A stretch of DNA of 63,941 nt, counting the filler, from Methanobacteriota archaeon (lineage in GTDB: Archaea > JACRDV01): assembly GCA_024860865.1 (NCBI GenBank). It is 7 parts of 7 records of this genome, joined end to end, with 100 filler letters (N's around TTAATTAATTAA, not from the genome) between each part and the next. Parts side by side here need not be neighbours in the genome. Positions count along the whole stretch, not along the records: positions 1 to 9,519 come from JACRDV010000035.1; 6 more parts are not named here. The stretch is one strand, 5' to 3'. A model generated the notes under the pieces. That model saw nothing but the letters and a program-made list of their open reading frames with translations, ran no database searches and was not told the origin of the DNA. The position numbers and the translations under genes were made by a program. This document shows positions 1-8,961 of this stretch, piece by piece (positions within the stretch are counted from its first letter, which is position 1; each line of letters starts with the position of its first letter).

Positions 1-726
1 GTTTTTTGCGAAGGAGCAGAGAGCTGGTATTTATGCCATACAAGGGCTGTTCACAATCCATTTGAGTTTCAGAAGAGAGATGTCGAACGCCCTTATCAAA
101 GGCCAATATTTAGTATTTCCCCAAGGCTTTCTAAGATATTGGTTAATCTCTCGGGAGCCAAGCCTAATGATATTTTACTTGACACATTTTGTGGTTATGG
201 AACTATATTGCAAGAAGCAATTTTAATGAGCATGGATATTAGAGGCATTGATATAGACGAGAAATGTGTAGAGGCAACTAAAAAAAATTTGAAATGGTTG
301 AGCAAAGAATACAATATTAAAATAAATGATGTTGATGACAAAATATTTCTTGGCGATGCAAAGAAGTTAGATCAATACTTTGAAGAAAATTCAATTGATG
401 CTATTGCTACTGAACCCCCATTGGGTCCTCCTCTTAAAAAATTGCCTCCTACAAAAATTGCTGAAAGAATCATTGAGGATTTAGAACCCTTATATTACAG
501 TTCTTTTCAATCCTTTTATAAGGTTCTCAAACCAAACAAAAGGATATCGATTGTTTTACCTTGTATTAAAACAAGCACAGGGAAATTTGTTAAATTTGAC
601 CCCATAGAATTAACTCGAGAAATAGGCTTTGGTGCAATTCCATTGTCTCTAGAACATACGACTCTTATTGATGCCGAGATGAGACATAGAGTTCTAAGAG
701 AGATTTACGTTTTTAAAAAATTTTAA
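1..726 (+). CDS. tRNA m2G10-type (Trm11/TrmG10-like) SAM methyltransferase, 5' truncated
   Basis: LDTFCGYGTI SAM motif and ATEPP motif; the open frame runs back to the window start (RDVERP...ISPRLSKILVNL). Confidence 0.65.
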   Translation, partial: VFCEGAESWYLCHTRAVHNPFEFQKRDVERPYQRPIFSISPRLSKILVNLSGAKPNDILLDTFCGYGTILQEAILMSMDIRGIDIDEKCVEATKKNLKWLSKEYNIKINDVDDKIFLGDAKKLDQYFEENSIDAIATEPPLGPPLKKLPPTKIAERIIEDLEPLYYSSFQSFYKVLKPNKRISIVLPCIKTSTGKFVKFDPIELTREIGFGAIPLSLEHTTLIDAEMRHRVLREIYVFKKF

Positions 727-802
727 TCTTTTGCATAACCCTAAATTTAGGTTCAAGTATTTTCGCTTAGATTGGTATCTAAAATAAACTATAGAGAACT
801 AA

Positions 803-1960
803 TTAGAACCAATGCCAGAACCACCATTTTTCAAAAAGAATTTTGCCCCAATGCCATATCCTGCCTGGTTCTCTCATTTTAACAGCTGGTGCCGGTTCTG
901 CATAGAAATTGCCGGAACCATAGGCAGCTTTACTATAACCTATTTCAATAAAGCAAGAACCTTTTCCATCGAACTTCCTTAGTGTTCCACTACCGCTGAT
1001 TTCAGCATCAATATTATGCGCTACTGCCTCTGCCTGATAATGAGCGAAGACACCTGCCTTTGGCAACATTTTTTTGCCATCAGGCAATCTAACAGCAGTA
1101 ACATCTCCAATAGCATATAGCTCATCATATTTAGTGTTTAGTGTTTCTCTACTCACAGGTATCCATCCGCTTTCGTCCGTTAGACCCGCTTCTTTAACCA
1201 CCTTCGGGCTCCTATGAGGGGGTATGCCGACTAGAAAATCGTATTTTACTTTTTCACCTTTTTCAAAAGTAATTTCTCTTTTTTCCGAATCTATAGAAGT
1301 CACTTTAAAGTTTGGATTATAGTTTATGCCGCGCATTTCTAACATTTGCTTCATTGCATTGCCTACAGTTGGACCTGCAACCGGCATAGGCTGAGGCTCT
1401 GGAGTATAAATTCTCAAGTCAATTTTGTCTCTCATTCCTCTCTCTCTATAGTAGTAGTCCATGAGAAAAGCAGCTTCATATGGAGCAGCAGGACACTTGA
1501 AAGGGAGGCTAGAAATCAACACAATTAATTTTCCACTAGAAAAGCCCTTTAATGCATCTCTTAATTTAATAACTCCATTTAAATCATAAAAATTGTGGGC
1601 AGATTGAGCGAATCCAGGAACAGCTTCTAACGCTAGATCTGCACCAAGTGAGATCACAAGATAATCATATGCAAAGTCTTGAACACTTGTTTTTACTAAC
1701 CTATTTGCAGGGTCAATTTGTAAAATTTCAGCGTTAACATACTCTATCTTTTTTTTATTTAACTTTTCCAAGCTCTTTTGGACTTGAGATGGCTCTCTCC
1801 ACCCCATTAAAACCCAAACAAACGATGAATTGAAGATGTGTTTTGTATTTTTATCTATAAGGATAATCTTATGCTCTTTACCTAGCCTTTTACGTAATTC
1901 GTTGGCAACAACAAGTCCGCCTGCTCCTCCACCTAAAACCAATATATTTTTACCACTCAT
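803..1960 (-). CDS. sqr: Sulfide:quinone oxidoreductase-like FAD flavoprotein
   Basis: GGGAGG FAD motif, FKCPAAPYE, PKAGVFA and CFIE motifs. Confidence 0.75.
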   Translation of the reverse strand: MSGKNILVLGGGAGGLVVANELRKRLGKEHKIILIDKNTKHIFNSSFVWVLMGWREPSQVQKSLEKLNKKKIEYVNAEILQIDPANRLVKTSVQDFAYDYLVISLGADLALEAVPGFAQSAHNFYDLNGVIKLRDALKGFSSGKLIVLISSLPFKCPAAPYEAAFLMDYYYRERGMRDKIDLRIYTPEPQPMPVAGPTVGNAMKQMLEMRGINYNPNFKVTSIDSEKREITFEKGEKVKYDFLVGIPPHRSPKVVKEAGLTDESGWIPVSRETLNTKYDELYAIGDVTAVRLPDGKKMLPKAGVFAHYQAEAVAHNIDAEISGSGTLRKFDGKGSCFIEIGYSKAAYGSGNFYAEPAPAVKMREPGRIWHWGKILFEKWWFWHWF

Positions 1961-1992
1961 TTGATCACAACCAAAAGTTTTTTCAGGTTATG

Positions 1993-2048
1993 ACTTTCCT
2001 GCTGGAAAGCTCTTTGCTCGAGATTAAAACTTTTCTCGAACAAATCAT
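1993..2048 (-). promoter_or_regulatory. Putative SECIS element (AUGA...GA type), copy 1, plus a 6-bp accessory hairpin
   Basis: Minus strand reads ATGA-T-TTGTTCGAGA-AAAGTTTTAA-TCTCGAGCAA-A-GA, then CTTTCC-AGCA-GGAAAG; ATGA lies 2 nt past the TAA of the Sec-DsrE gene. Confidence 0.8.
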
Positions 2049-2050
2049 TG

Positions 2051-2380
2051 TTACCCGAATGTTATAACTTTATCATTTTCTTCAACAAATTTGACAAAAT
2101 CGTTCATAACCGCTAGAGGGGAAAGTTGAAAAGTTTTATCTTTCCCTCTGGCTATTAAGCAAGTACCTCAAGCCATTATATGTCCACCGGCATCAATGAA
2201 ATCTCTTGTAACTTTTTCAACATCGAAAGTTTCATGTTTTATTTCTCCTACCTCGACTCCTTTACTCATGAGAAAAACTTTTACTTCATGGCCTTCAAGA
2301 ATAGCTGTAAGTCCAAATCTAAAAGCGTTCCAAGCACTTTCAGGTTCATTTGTATTAATTACAATACCTATTTTGCTCAT
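2051..2380 (-). CDS. DsrE-family selenoprotein (109 aa, UGTC motif)
   Basis: In-frame TGA at 2168-2170 in A-U-GTCLIARG, where the family has ACGTCLxxR; frame stays open to DKVITFG-TAA; GGAGGTGA SD before ATG 2380. Confidence 0.88.
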
Positions 2381-2388
2381 TCTTGTTC

Positions 2389-2739
2389 TCACCTCCTACC
2401 CCGGATTTTTTTAGCTAGTTTTTCATCATCAGCTAATTGCTCAAACAAAATGTCTCTTATAATGCTACAAGCCTGGATGATTTTTGGGTTAGTGATTTTG
2501 TAGAAGATATTCACGCCTTCCCTTCTGCTCTCAACAATCTTTTTCTTTCGTAAGAGGGCAAGATGCTGGGATAAATTCGCTTGAGGAATATTAGCCAACG
2601 AAGCTAGTTCGGTGACTGTTTTTTCACCATCTCGGAGTATATCCAATATTTCTAATCGCTTGGGATTCGCTAATATTTGACATATTTCAGCATGCAATTC
2701 AAAGATTTTTTTGTTTAATTCCGAAACTCTTTGACCCAT
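2389..2739 (-). CDS. ArsR/SmtB-family transcriptional regulator
   Basis: LANPKRLEILDIL, ANLSQHLALLR, SRREG. Confidence 0.9.
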   Translation of the reverse strand: MGQRVSELNKKIFELHAEICQILANPKRLEILDILRDGEKTVTELASLANIPQANLSQHLALLRKKKIVESRREGVNIFYKITNPKIIQACSIIRDILFEQLADDEKLAKKIRGRR

Positions 2740-2901
2740 GGAAGCAACTCTAAAAATTTTAATTCTAATATTCGAATAAATTTATATATATACTTGTTTT
2801 TTATTTAAAGACTTTTAAAATAATAATTATAATTATATTAAGGATGGCAGAGTATATTTAGTTCGATTATCACTTGAAAATATAGACTTAGAGGGCTATA
2901 T

Positions 2902-3063
2902 ATGAAGAAGACAAGTAAATGGAAGTGTGAGCCCTGTGGACATTTAACAGACGAAAAACCTACTGAGGTTTGTTTAATATGCGGTTCCCGTAGTACCGGT
3001 GCAGTAAAAATAGTCAGTCAAGAAGGTGAAATCAAACATATAGGGAGAGGAAAAACTGATTAA
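2902..3063 (+). CDS. Rubredoxin-like small protein (53 aa), absent from the ORF track
   Basis: Manual translation MKKTSKWKCEPCGH...VCLICGS with two CxxC motifs; GAGGG SD upstream. Confidence 0.7.
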   Translation: MKKTSKWKCEPCGHLTDEKPTEVCLICGSRSTGAVKIVSQEGEIKHIGRGKTD

Positions 3064-3132
3064 TAAAATGAATACGTTTGAGAGAGACAGTTTTAAATCA
3101 TTACAATCAAGAGCTATCTTTAATTTGTTAAA

Positions 3133-3188
3133 ACTTTCCTGCTGGAAAGCTCTTTGCTCGAGATTAAAACTTTTCTCGAGCAAGTCAT
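3133..3188 (-). promoter_or_regulatory. Putative SECIS element, copy 2, plus accessory hairpin
   Basis: 54 of 56 nt identical to 1993-2048; perfect 10-bp stem TTGCTCGAGA/TCTCGAGCAA; lies directly after the HesB-like gene. Confidence 0.8.
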
Positions 3189-3190
3189 AG

Positions 3191-3520
3191 TCAACAAATT
3201 CTTTCAAAACCTTTAATCGTTAGATATTCCGTGAACCAAGTTTTTTCAGCATCTATTTCTAGTTCACTTGTACTTAGGTGTTGTAGTAGGTACTGAGCAA
3301 GCTCAGAATCTAGGAAAATTGGGATATTATCATCTTTAATTTTTAGTAAGTTATATCCCTTTAGTTCCTGCTCTCTGACCAATGAAACGTCAAGGCTAGG
3401 CCCGCTTCATCCAATTCCGGCATATATTAAGACTGCTGGATCTGTGACGCCTAAGCTAATTTTTTTCTGTATGTAATGCTTTGCTTTTTCAGTTAAAACT
3501 GCTTTCAGGCCATTTTCCAA
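3191..3520 (-). CDS. HesB-like selenoprotein (109 aa)
   Basis: TTG start after GGAAGTGA; LTEKAK...LIYAGIG-U-SGPSL with TGA at 3407-3409 on the HesB GxGC(S)G cysteine; IPIFLD downstream. Confidence 0.85.
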
Positions 3521-3547
3521 GAAATTCACTTCCTTTTTATAATTATG

Positions 3548-3566
3548 TGTTCAAGATTGTTGAACA
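3548..3566. promoter_or_regulatory. Candidate operator, 7-5-7 inverted repeat
   Basis: TGTTCAA-GATTG-TTGAACA between the divergent HesB-like and HTH regulator genes. Confidence 0.5.
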
Positions 3567-3615
3567 GTTATGATTAAATATCTTTTTGAACTAATATTTA
3601 AGTTTAGTGTTATTC

Positions 3616-3954
3616 ATGGAATTCAGGTCCTTACTAGTATCTAAATGCATATCAGTAAATGATATAATTAAGTGTTTGCTTTGTATCGGAGATACCGAAA
3701 TCCAAATATTAGAAATTTTAAAAAAACGCGAGGCTACTGTTGAAGAGATAGCTGAAAAACTTAAGATAAATAGGAGTACAGCTCAAAGATGTTTACAAAC
3801 TCTAGTCGCTACTGGTTTAATTTTCAGAAAAAGTACAACTGAAATTAAAGGGCGTAAATTTATTTACCGTGCAATATCCGAGAGAGAGTTGAAAGAAATA
3901 TTAAAAAATACAGCTGAGCAATGGTATCAAAAAGTTATGGAATCATTAAAATAG
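3616..3954 (+). CDS. TrmB-like winged-helix transcriptional regulator
   Basis: TVEEIAEKLKINRSTAQRCLQTL helix-turn-helix and GRKFIY wing. Confidence 0.8.
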   Translation: MEFRSLLVSKCISVNDIIKCLLCIGDTEIQILEILKKREATVEEIAEKLKINRSTAQRCLQTLVATGLIFRKSTTEIKGRKFIYRAISERELKEILKNTAEQWYQKVMESLK

Positions 3955-4022
3955 AGGAAGTTAATTTTAAGTGAAAACTAAAAAGCGATGCATTTTGGCA
4001 TTAATCTAAGGAGGATAGATAA

Positions 4023-4436
4023 ATGAATGAACTAGAAGAAATTCGAAGGAAAAAAATGGAAAAGTTAGTGAAAGAAATTGGTGAAAAGAATCCGAGTGCG
4101 CAAAATTATCCAAAGGCACCAATAACTATTACTGACGAAAATTTTGATCAAATAGTTCAACAATATCCTTTGATGGTCATAGACAATTGGGCCCCTTGGT
4201 GTTTTCCTTGCAGAATGATCGCTCCAATTATCGAAGAAATGGCTAAAGATTATGCTGGAAAAGTAGTCTTTGGAAAATTAAATACTGATGAAAACCAAAG
4301 AACCCCTCTAAAATTTGGAGTTATGGGCATACCAACGCTACTTATCATTAAAAATGGAAAAGAAGTCGATAGAATAGCAGGGGCAGTACCGAGAGAATAT
4401 ATCGAATCTAAATTGCGAAGATATTTGCATGAATGA
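4023..4436 (+). CDS. trxA: Thioredoxin
   Basis: WAPWCFPC, GIPTLL. Confidence 0.92.
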   Translation: MNELEEIRRKKMEKLVKEIGEKNPSAQNYPKAPITITDENFDQIVQQYPLMVIDNWAPWCFPCRMIAPIIEEMAKDYAGKVVFGKLNTDENQRTPLKFGVMGIPTLLIIKNGKEVDRIAGAVPREYIESKLRRYLHE

Positions 4437-4500
4437 ATCAAATTAAAATCATTTTGAGCTTTAAAGCTTTCTTTAATAATAAAAAAATCGAGGGAGATTA

Positions 4501-4854
4501 ATGGAAAAATATGAAATTCTTGAAATTTTAAAAAACGTATATGACCCAGATTATAAAGATAAGTCCATTGTAGAATTGGGTCTTGTGGATGAAAACACCA
4601 TAAAAATAAATGAAGACAAAATAGAAGTGGAATATAAAGTGGCAGCTCCATTTTGTCCATTTAGCGCTGCTATCGGAATTATGATTCAGTATGCTTTGGA
4701 AAAGAAATTTGGAAAGCGAGTTGATGTGAAAATCCAGCCTGGGCATTATCAAGAAAAACTAGTAGAAGAAATATTGAGAAGCGAAGAAAAAAGAAAAGAT
4801 TTGCTTAGTAAATTAGAATCTTTTGGAATACTTCAGCGATGTGTAAGAATATAG
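4501..4854 (+). CDS. DUF59 / Fe-S assembly (SufT-like) protein
   Basis: LKNVYDPD...SIVELGLV...PFCP. Confidence 0.8.
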   Translation: MEKYEILEILKNVYDPDYKDKSIVELGLVDENTIKINEDKIEVEYKVAAPFCPFSAAIGIMIQYALEKKFGKRVDVKIQPGHYQEKLVEEILRSEEKRKDLLSKLESFGILQRCVRI

Positions 4855-4866
4855 TAAATGAGATAA

Positions 4867-5775
4867 ATGAATACTGATATCCTAATTATCGGATCAGGAC
4901 CAGCCGGAATACAGGCTGCGATTTATGCCGCTCGAAGAAAAGTTGATGTAATCATTCTTGGTAAATTAGAAAATAGCTCTTTAGCAAAAGCCCATGTTGA
5001 AAATTATTTTGGCATCTCTGGGCCAATAGTTGGTATAGATTTACTAAGGGTTGGAAAAGAACAGGCAGAAAAATTTGGTGCAAAATTTATTGAAGAAGAT
5101 GCACTGCATCTCGAGCGAAAAGATGACAAGTTTATTGTTAAGACTGAAGGCGGAAAAGAAGTCGAATCAAAAGCAGTAATTTTTGCGATGGGTGTATCAA
5201 GAAAAAAACTTGGTGTGAAGGGAGAACAACAATTTCAGGGAAGAGGGGTTAGCTATTGTGCAGAATGCGATTGCGGATTTTTCAAGGGAAAGAAAGTGGC
5301 GGTCATTGGAGATGGAAGCGCGGCAGCTAGCAGCGCAATATTACTGGCTAAATATGCCTCAAAAGTCTATTTAATTTCAAAAAAACTTAGCACATCAGAA
5401 CATTTACAAGATGAATTGAAAGTAGGGAATATTGAAATAATAGAAGGCAAAAGAATAAGCGAAATTTACGGCAACAGTGCAGTCGGTGGGATTAAGCTGG
5501 ATGGCAGCTCATTGGAAGTAGAAGGTGTTTTCATTGAATTGGGTTCAAAGGGGGTTATAGAGCTCGCTGTCAATGTTGGTTTGCTCCCGGATCCAAGAGG
5601 TTACATTCATGTGAATGAGGAACAAAAAACCTCAGTGCTAGGAATTTTTGCTTGCGGCGATATATGCGGTCCTCCTTTACAACTTGCTAAGGCTGTTGGT
5701 GAGGGATGTATTGCCGGCATTGAAGCAGCAGAGTATGTAAAAAGAATAAGCAAATTAGAAAAGCAGACTGTTTGA
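4867..5775 (+). CDS. trxB: Thioredoxin reductase
   Basis: GSGPAG, GRGVSYCAECD, FACGD. Confidence 0.88.
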   Translation: MNTDILIIGSGPAGIQAAIYAARRKVDVIILGKLENSSLAKAHVENYFGISGPIVGIDLLRVGKEQAEKFGAKFIEEDALHLERKDDKFIVKTEGGKEVESKAVIFAMGVSRKKLGVKGEQQFQGRGVSYCAECDCGFFKGKKVAVIGDGSAAASSAILLAKYASKVYLISKKLSTSEHLQDELKVGNIEIIEGKRISEIYGNSAVGGIKLDGSSLEVEGVFIELGSKGVIELAVNVGLLPDPRGYIHVNEEQKTSVLGIFACGDICGPPLQLAKAVGEGCIAGIEAAEYVKRISKLEKQTV

Positions 5776-5810
5776 AAATAACCCATCATAAAAAAACTTG
5801 GAGGACTAAT

Positions 5811-6440
5811 GTGGGAGCAATATCCGAGAAGGATAAAAAACATTTGCAAAAGATATTTGAAAAGAACGTACAGACCGGAGTAAAAATACTAGTTTTTACT
5901 CAAGAAGATAGGCATAGAGAAATAAAAGAGCTTATGCAAGAATTAGCTACTACTTCAAATAAAATTGAAGTTGAATTATACGATTTTACTAGAGATAGCG
6001 AAAAGATTAAACAATACAATATAGATAAGATCCCCGCGATTGCAATCATCGGGAAAGAAGATTATGGGGTAAGATTTTACGGCATACCCTCAGGCTATGA
6101 ATTTTCATCTTTAGTTGAAGATATTATTGATGTCTCTAGAGGAACAACAGATCTCCCTGAAAAAATCAGAAATCAATTAGGATCAATAAATAAACCAATC
6201 CATATTCAAGTTTTTGTGACGCCTACTTGTCCTTACTGCCCTAAAGTGGTTAGGCTAGCACACAAGTTCGCAATTGAGAATGATTTAATAATATCGGATA
6301 TGATAGAAGCCACGGAATTTCCAAATCTGGCATTAAAATATAGAGTTATGAGCGTTCCGAAAACAGTTATAAATGAAAAAATTGAATTTGTAGGAGCGCT
6401 GTCCGAAGAGGACTTTCTTGAATATATATTAGCTGCATAA
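5811..6440 (+). CDS. Protein disulfide oxidoreductase (two Trx folds, AhpF N-terminal-like)
   Basis: RFYGIPSGYEF, TPTCPYCP, VMSVP; GTG start after GGAGG. Confidence 0.88.
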   Translation: MGAISEKDKKHLQKIFEKNVQTGVKILVFTQEDRHREIKELMQELATTSNKIEVELYDFTRDSEKIKQYNIDKIPAIAIIGKEDYGVRFYGIPSGYEFSSLVEDIIDVSRGTTDLPEKIRNQLGSINKPIHIQVFVTPTCPYCPKVVRLAHKFAIENDLIISDMIEATEFPNLALKYRVMSVPKTVINEKIEFVGALSEEDFLEYILAA

Positions 6441-6635
6441 CTTTAGAAATTCTAATTAATATTGTTTGAAAATTAATCTAAAATTTCTTTTTTGTTTAGA
6501 GTAATTTTTAGTTTTTTGTTCTTTTATAATTATAAATACTAAAGTAAATTATATATTACTATATTATAATATACTAATTTAAATATTTGAAAAAATTAAA
6601 ATCGTTATTCTCTTTAAAACAAAAGAAGTGAATTA

Positions 6636-7838
6636 ATGAGCCCCAATCAAATCTACAAGAGAATATTTGTCGCGCCTTGGCCCGAATGGATTGGCGGTCT
6701 TATTTTAGGGATCTTCTTTATTATTTTCTCTGCTTGGGCATTAACGCCTTTTAACATTTATGGAGGCTATTATAATTGGGGTAGCTGGTTCTACAAACTC
6801 ACTGGATTAAGTGATTTTTTCCCTGCCTTTAAGGATCCTGCTTCACCACTTATGGCAAAGATGAGCGTGGGCAATTTAGGATTTTTGTTAGGTGTTTTCT
6901 CAGCAGCAATACTGGCAGGCGAATTTAAATTGAAAGGAGTCACATCAAAAACTGATTACATAGAAGCGGTTTTAGGCGGCTTTGTTATGGCTTTGGGCGT
7001 AGTGTTTGCATGGGGGTGCAACTTCGGAGGCTTCTTCTCAGCTATCACAGCGTTGAGCCTAAATGGCTTTGCTATGATGCTGGGGCTAATTGTTGGCGGC
7101 TTCTTGGGTTCTCTATATGTGAATTGGAGAGCAGCGGGGATAGAAATATTGGAGTTGATACCGGTTGAAGCCAAAATCTCTAGCCCATCTACGCCTTCAG
7201 ATAGTGGTAACAAAACGTGGCTGCCTATTTTACTGATACTTATTCCCATAACACTTGTTGTTTTAATAAATTACTATTATTCTATTAACGGTGCCATTAT
7301 TTACTCTGGAATTTTATTCATAGGTTTGTTCATTGGTTTTACTGTACAAAGGTCACGGCTTTGCTTCACAACTGCTTTTCGAGATCTCTTTAACAAAAAA
7401 GGAGAATTTTTAAGATCATTAAAATTGCAAAGAGCCATAGTACTAGGCTTAATTGTAGCAGCAATAGGTATTGCTGCTTTAAAGGCGAATAATCTCTTAG
7501 ATAAAGATCTAAATGTAAGCCCAGTGGGATGGATCAATGTGATGGGAGGCATTTTATTTGGGTTTGGCATGGTAATTGCAGGAGCTTGCGGTTCCGGAAT
7601 GTTATGGCGGACTGCAGAAGGACATTTGAAGCTTGTGATAGCACTTGTTGTTACCACCTTAGCCTTCGTGCCTTTAACGCTATTTATATGGAACTATGCA
7701 CCTGCATTGGCAGGGCCTAAAATCTTTATTCCAACCGTCTTTGGATGGCCACTTGGTCTACTATTCATTATAGGTCTACTTTCGGTATGGCTGCTAATTT
7801 TGAGATGGATAGAACATCAATGGAGAGGTAGGAAATAG
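6636..7838 (+). CDS. YeeE/YedE (TsuA-like) sulfur-compound transporter
   Basis: Many TM segments; GCNFGG, RSRLCF and GACGSG cysteine motifs. Confidence 0.88.
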   Translation: MSPNQIYKRIFVAPWPEWIGGLILGIFFIIFSAWALTPFNIYGGYYNWGSWFYKLTGLSDFFPAFKDPASPLMAKMSVGNLGFLLGVFSAAILAGEFKLKGVTSKTDYIEAVLGGFVMALGVVFAWGCNFGGFFSAITALSLNGFAMMLGLIVGGFLGSLYVNWRAAGIEILELIPVEAKISSPSTPSDSGNKTWLPILLILIPITLVVLINYYYSINGAIIYSGILFIGLFIGFTVQRSRLCFTTAFRDLFNKKGEFLRSLKLQRAIVLGLIVAAIGIAALKANNLLDKDLNVSPVGWINVMGGILFGFGMVIAGACGSGMLWRTAEGHLKLVIALVVTTLAFVPLTLFIWNYAPALAGPKIFIPTVFGWPLGLLFIIGLLSVWLLILRWIEHQWRGRK

Positions 7839-8090
7839 ATGGGAGTTAAGTTTGAAAAAAAAGATGAGAAATCTTACCTATTAGATGTAAGAGGATATCT
7901 ATGTCCTTATCCAGTAATCTTTACGAGAAAAGCCCTTCTACAGTTAAAAGAAGGAGATTTCTTGGAGGTCTTTACTGATAATCCCGCTTCTTGTGAAAAT
8001 GTGCCTAATGATGTTAAGGAAGATGGCCATAAGGTCTTAGCTATTGAACAAATGGGGCGAGGTGAGTGGAAGATAGTTATTAAAAAATAG
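7839..8090 (+). CDS. TusA/YeeD-family sulfur carrier
   Basis: LDVRGYLCPYP. Confidence 0.9.
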   Translation: MGVKFEKKDEKSYLLDVRGYLCPYPVIFTRKALLQLKEGDFLEVFTDNPASCENVPNDVKEDGHKVLAIEQMGRGEWKIVIKK

Positions 8091-8171
8091 AGGGGTGAAG
8101 AGTTAGCTAGGAAAATGAGAAATTAAAACTTGCCAGTTCTAAAAAATAAAAATTTTTTGAGAGGTGTTAAA

Positions 8172-8564
8172 TTGGAAATAGGTGTAAGCCAAGGCAATAT
8201 TGAAAAGAAAAATAAAACCTTAACAATATTTTTATTCACGAGCCCATATGGTTTTGAAAATTCCTCGACGGCAGCGCGATTGGCTGAGGCAGCTTTAGAC
8301 AAAGGTTATTCTGTGAATATGTTCGCTTCGAGCGATGGAGTTTACAATTTTATGGCAGGACAAAAGGCTGTTGCAATTCCGAACATTCAACAAGAGTTTG
8401 AAAAACTGATCAATAAAGGGTTAAAGGTATACTTATGTGGTCCTTGTTTAAACTTTCGTGGGATACAGCGCCAGAATCTTATCGAGAATTCTAAACCTAG
8501 CTCTCTTACTGAACTTTTTGCTATAATGGGTCAGAGCAATGTATTTCTATGCTTTAGTTTTTAA
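8172..8564 (+). CDS. DsrE/TusD-like sulfurtransferase
   Basis: SPYG, DGVYN, CGPCLNFRG. Confidence 0.8.
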   Translation: MEIGVSQGNIEKKNKTLTIFLFTSPYGFENSSTAARLAEAALDKGYSVNMFASSDGVYNFMAGQKAVAIPNIQQEFEKLINKGLKVYLCGPCLNFRGIQRQNLIENSKPSSLTELFAIMGQSNVFLCFSF

Positions 8565-8579
8565 TGGGCAGGTGGTTTT

Positions 8580-8945
8580 ATGGAATCAATTTGCATAATA
8601 GTAAGAAAGGCTCCTTATGGAGTCATCCAAGCGGGCGAGGCTTTAAGGCACATTAGTGGAGCAGTTGTTCATAAACTAAAGACTACTGCAGTTTTGTTGG
8701 ATGATGGAGTTTACCTTGCAAAAGCCAATCAAGCCGGTGAGAATACTGGTTGGCCCTCTTTAGCTGATGGTTTGAAGGAACTGTTGGAAGTTAGTAAGGG
8801 CAACCCTCCAAAAATTTTTATTCATGCTGAATCGATGAAAAACAGAGGATTGCACATGACGGACATGATAAAAGGAGCTGAAGAAATCACTGACGACCAG
8901 TTAGCAAAAATTTTGAGCGATACTAAAACAGTAATGATATTTTAA
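8580..8945 (+). CDS. DsrF/TusC-like protein
   Basis: KAPYG, DDGVY, ESMKNRGL. Confidence 0.75.
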   Translation: MESICIIVRKAPYGVIQAGEALRHISGAVVHKLKTTAVLLDDGVYLAKANQAGENTGWPSLADGLKELLEVSKGNPPKIFIHAESMKNRGLHMTDMIKGAEEITDDQLAKILSDTKTVMIF

Positions 8946-8961
8946 AAATAGGGGGAGAAAA

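Noticed and set aside
2974-3207. 77-aa minus-strand ORF
   Set aside because: Overlaps the SECIS copy and lies antisense to the rubredoxin-like gene; no motifs, so a shadow ORF.
4434-5775. TGA stops of trxA and trxB as C-terminal Sec sites
   Set aside because: Both proteins are complete at these stops, with no Cys alignment and no SECIS-like hairpin nearby.
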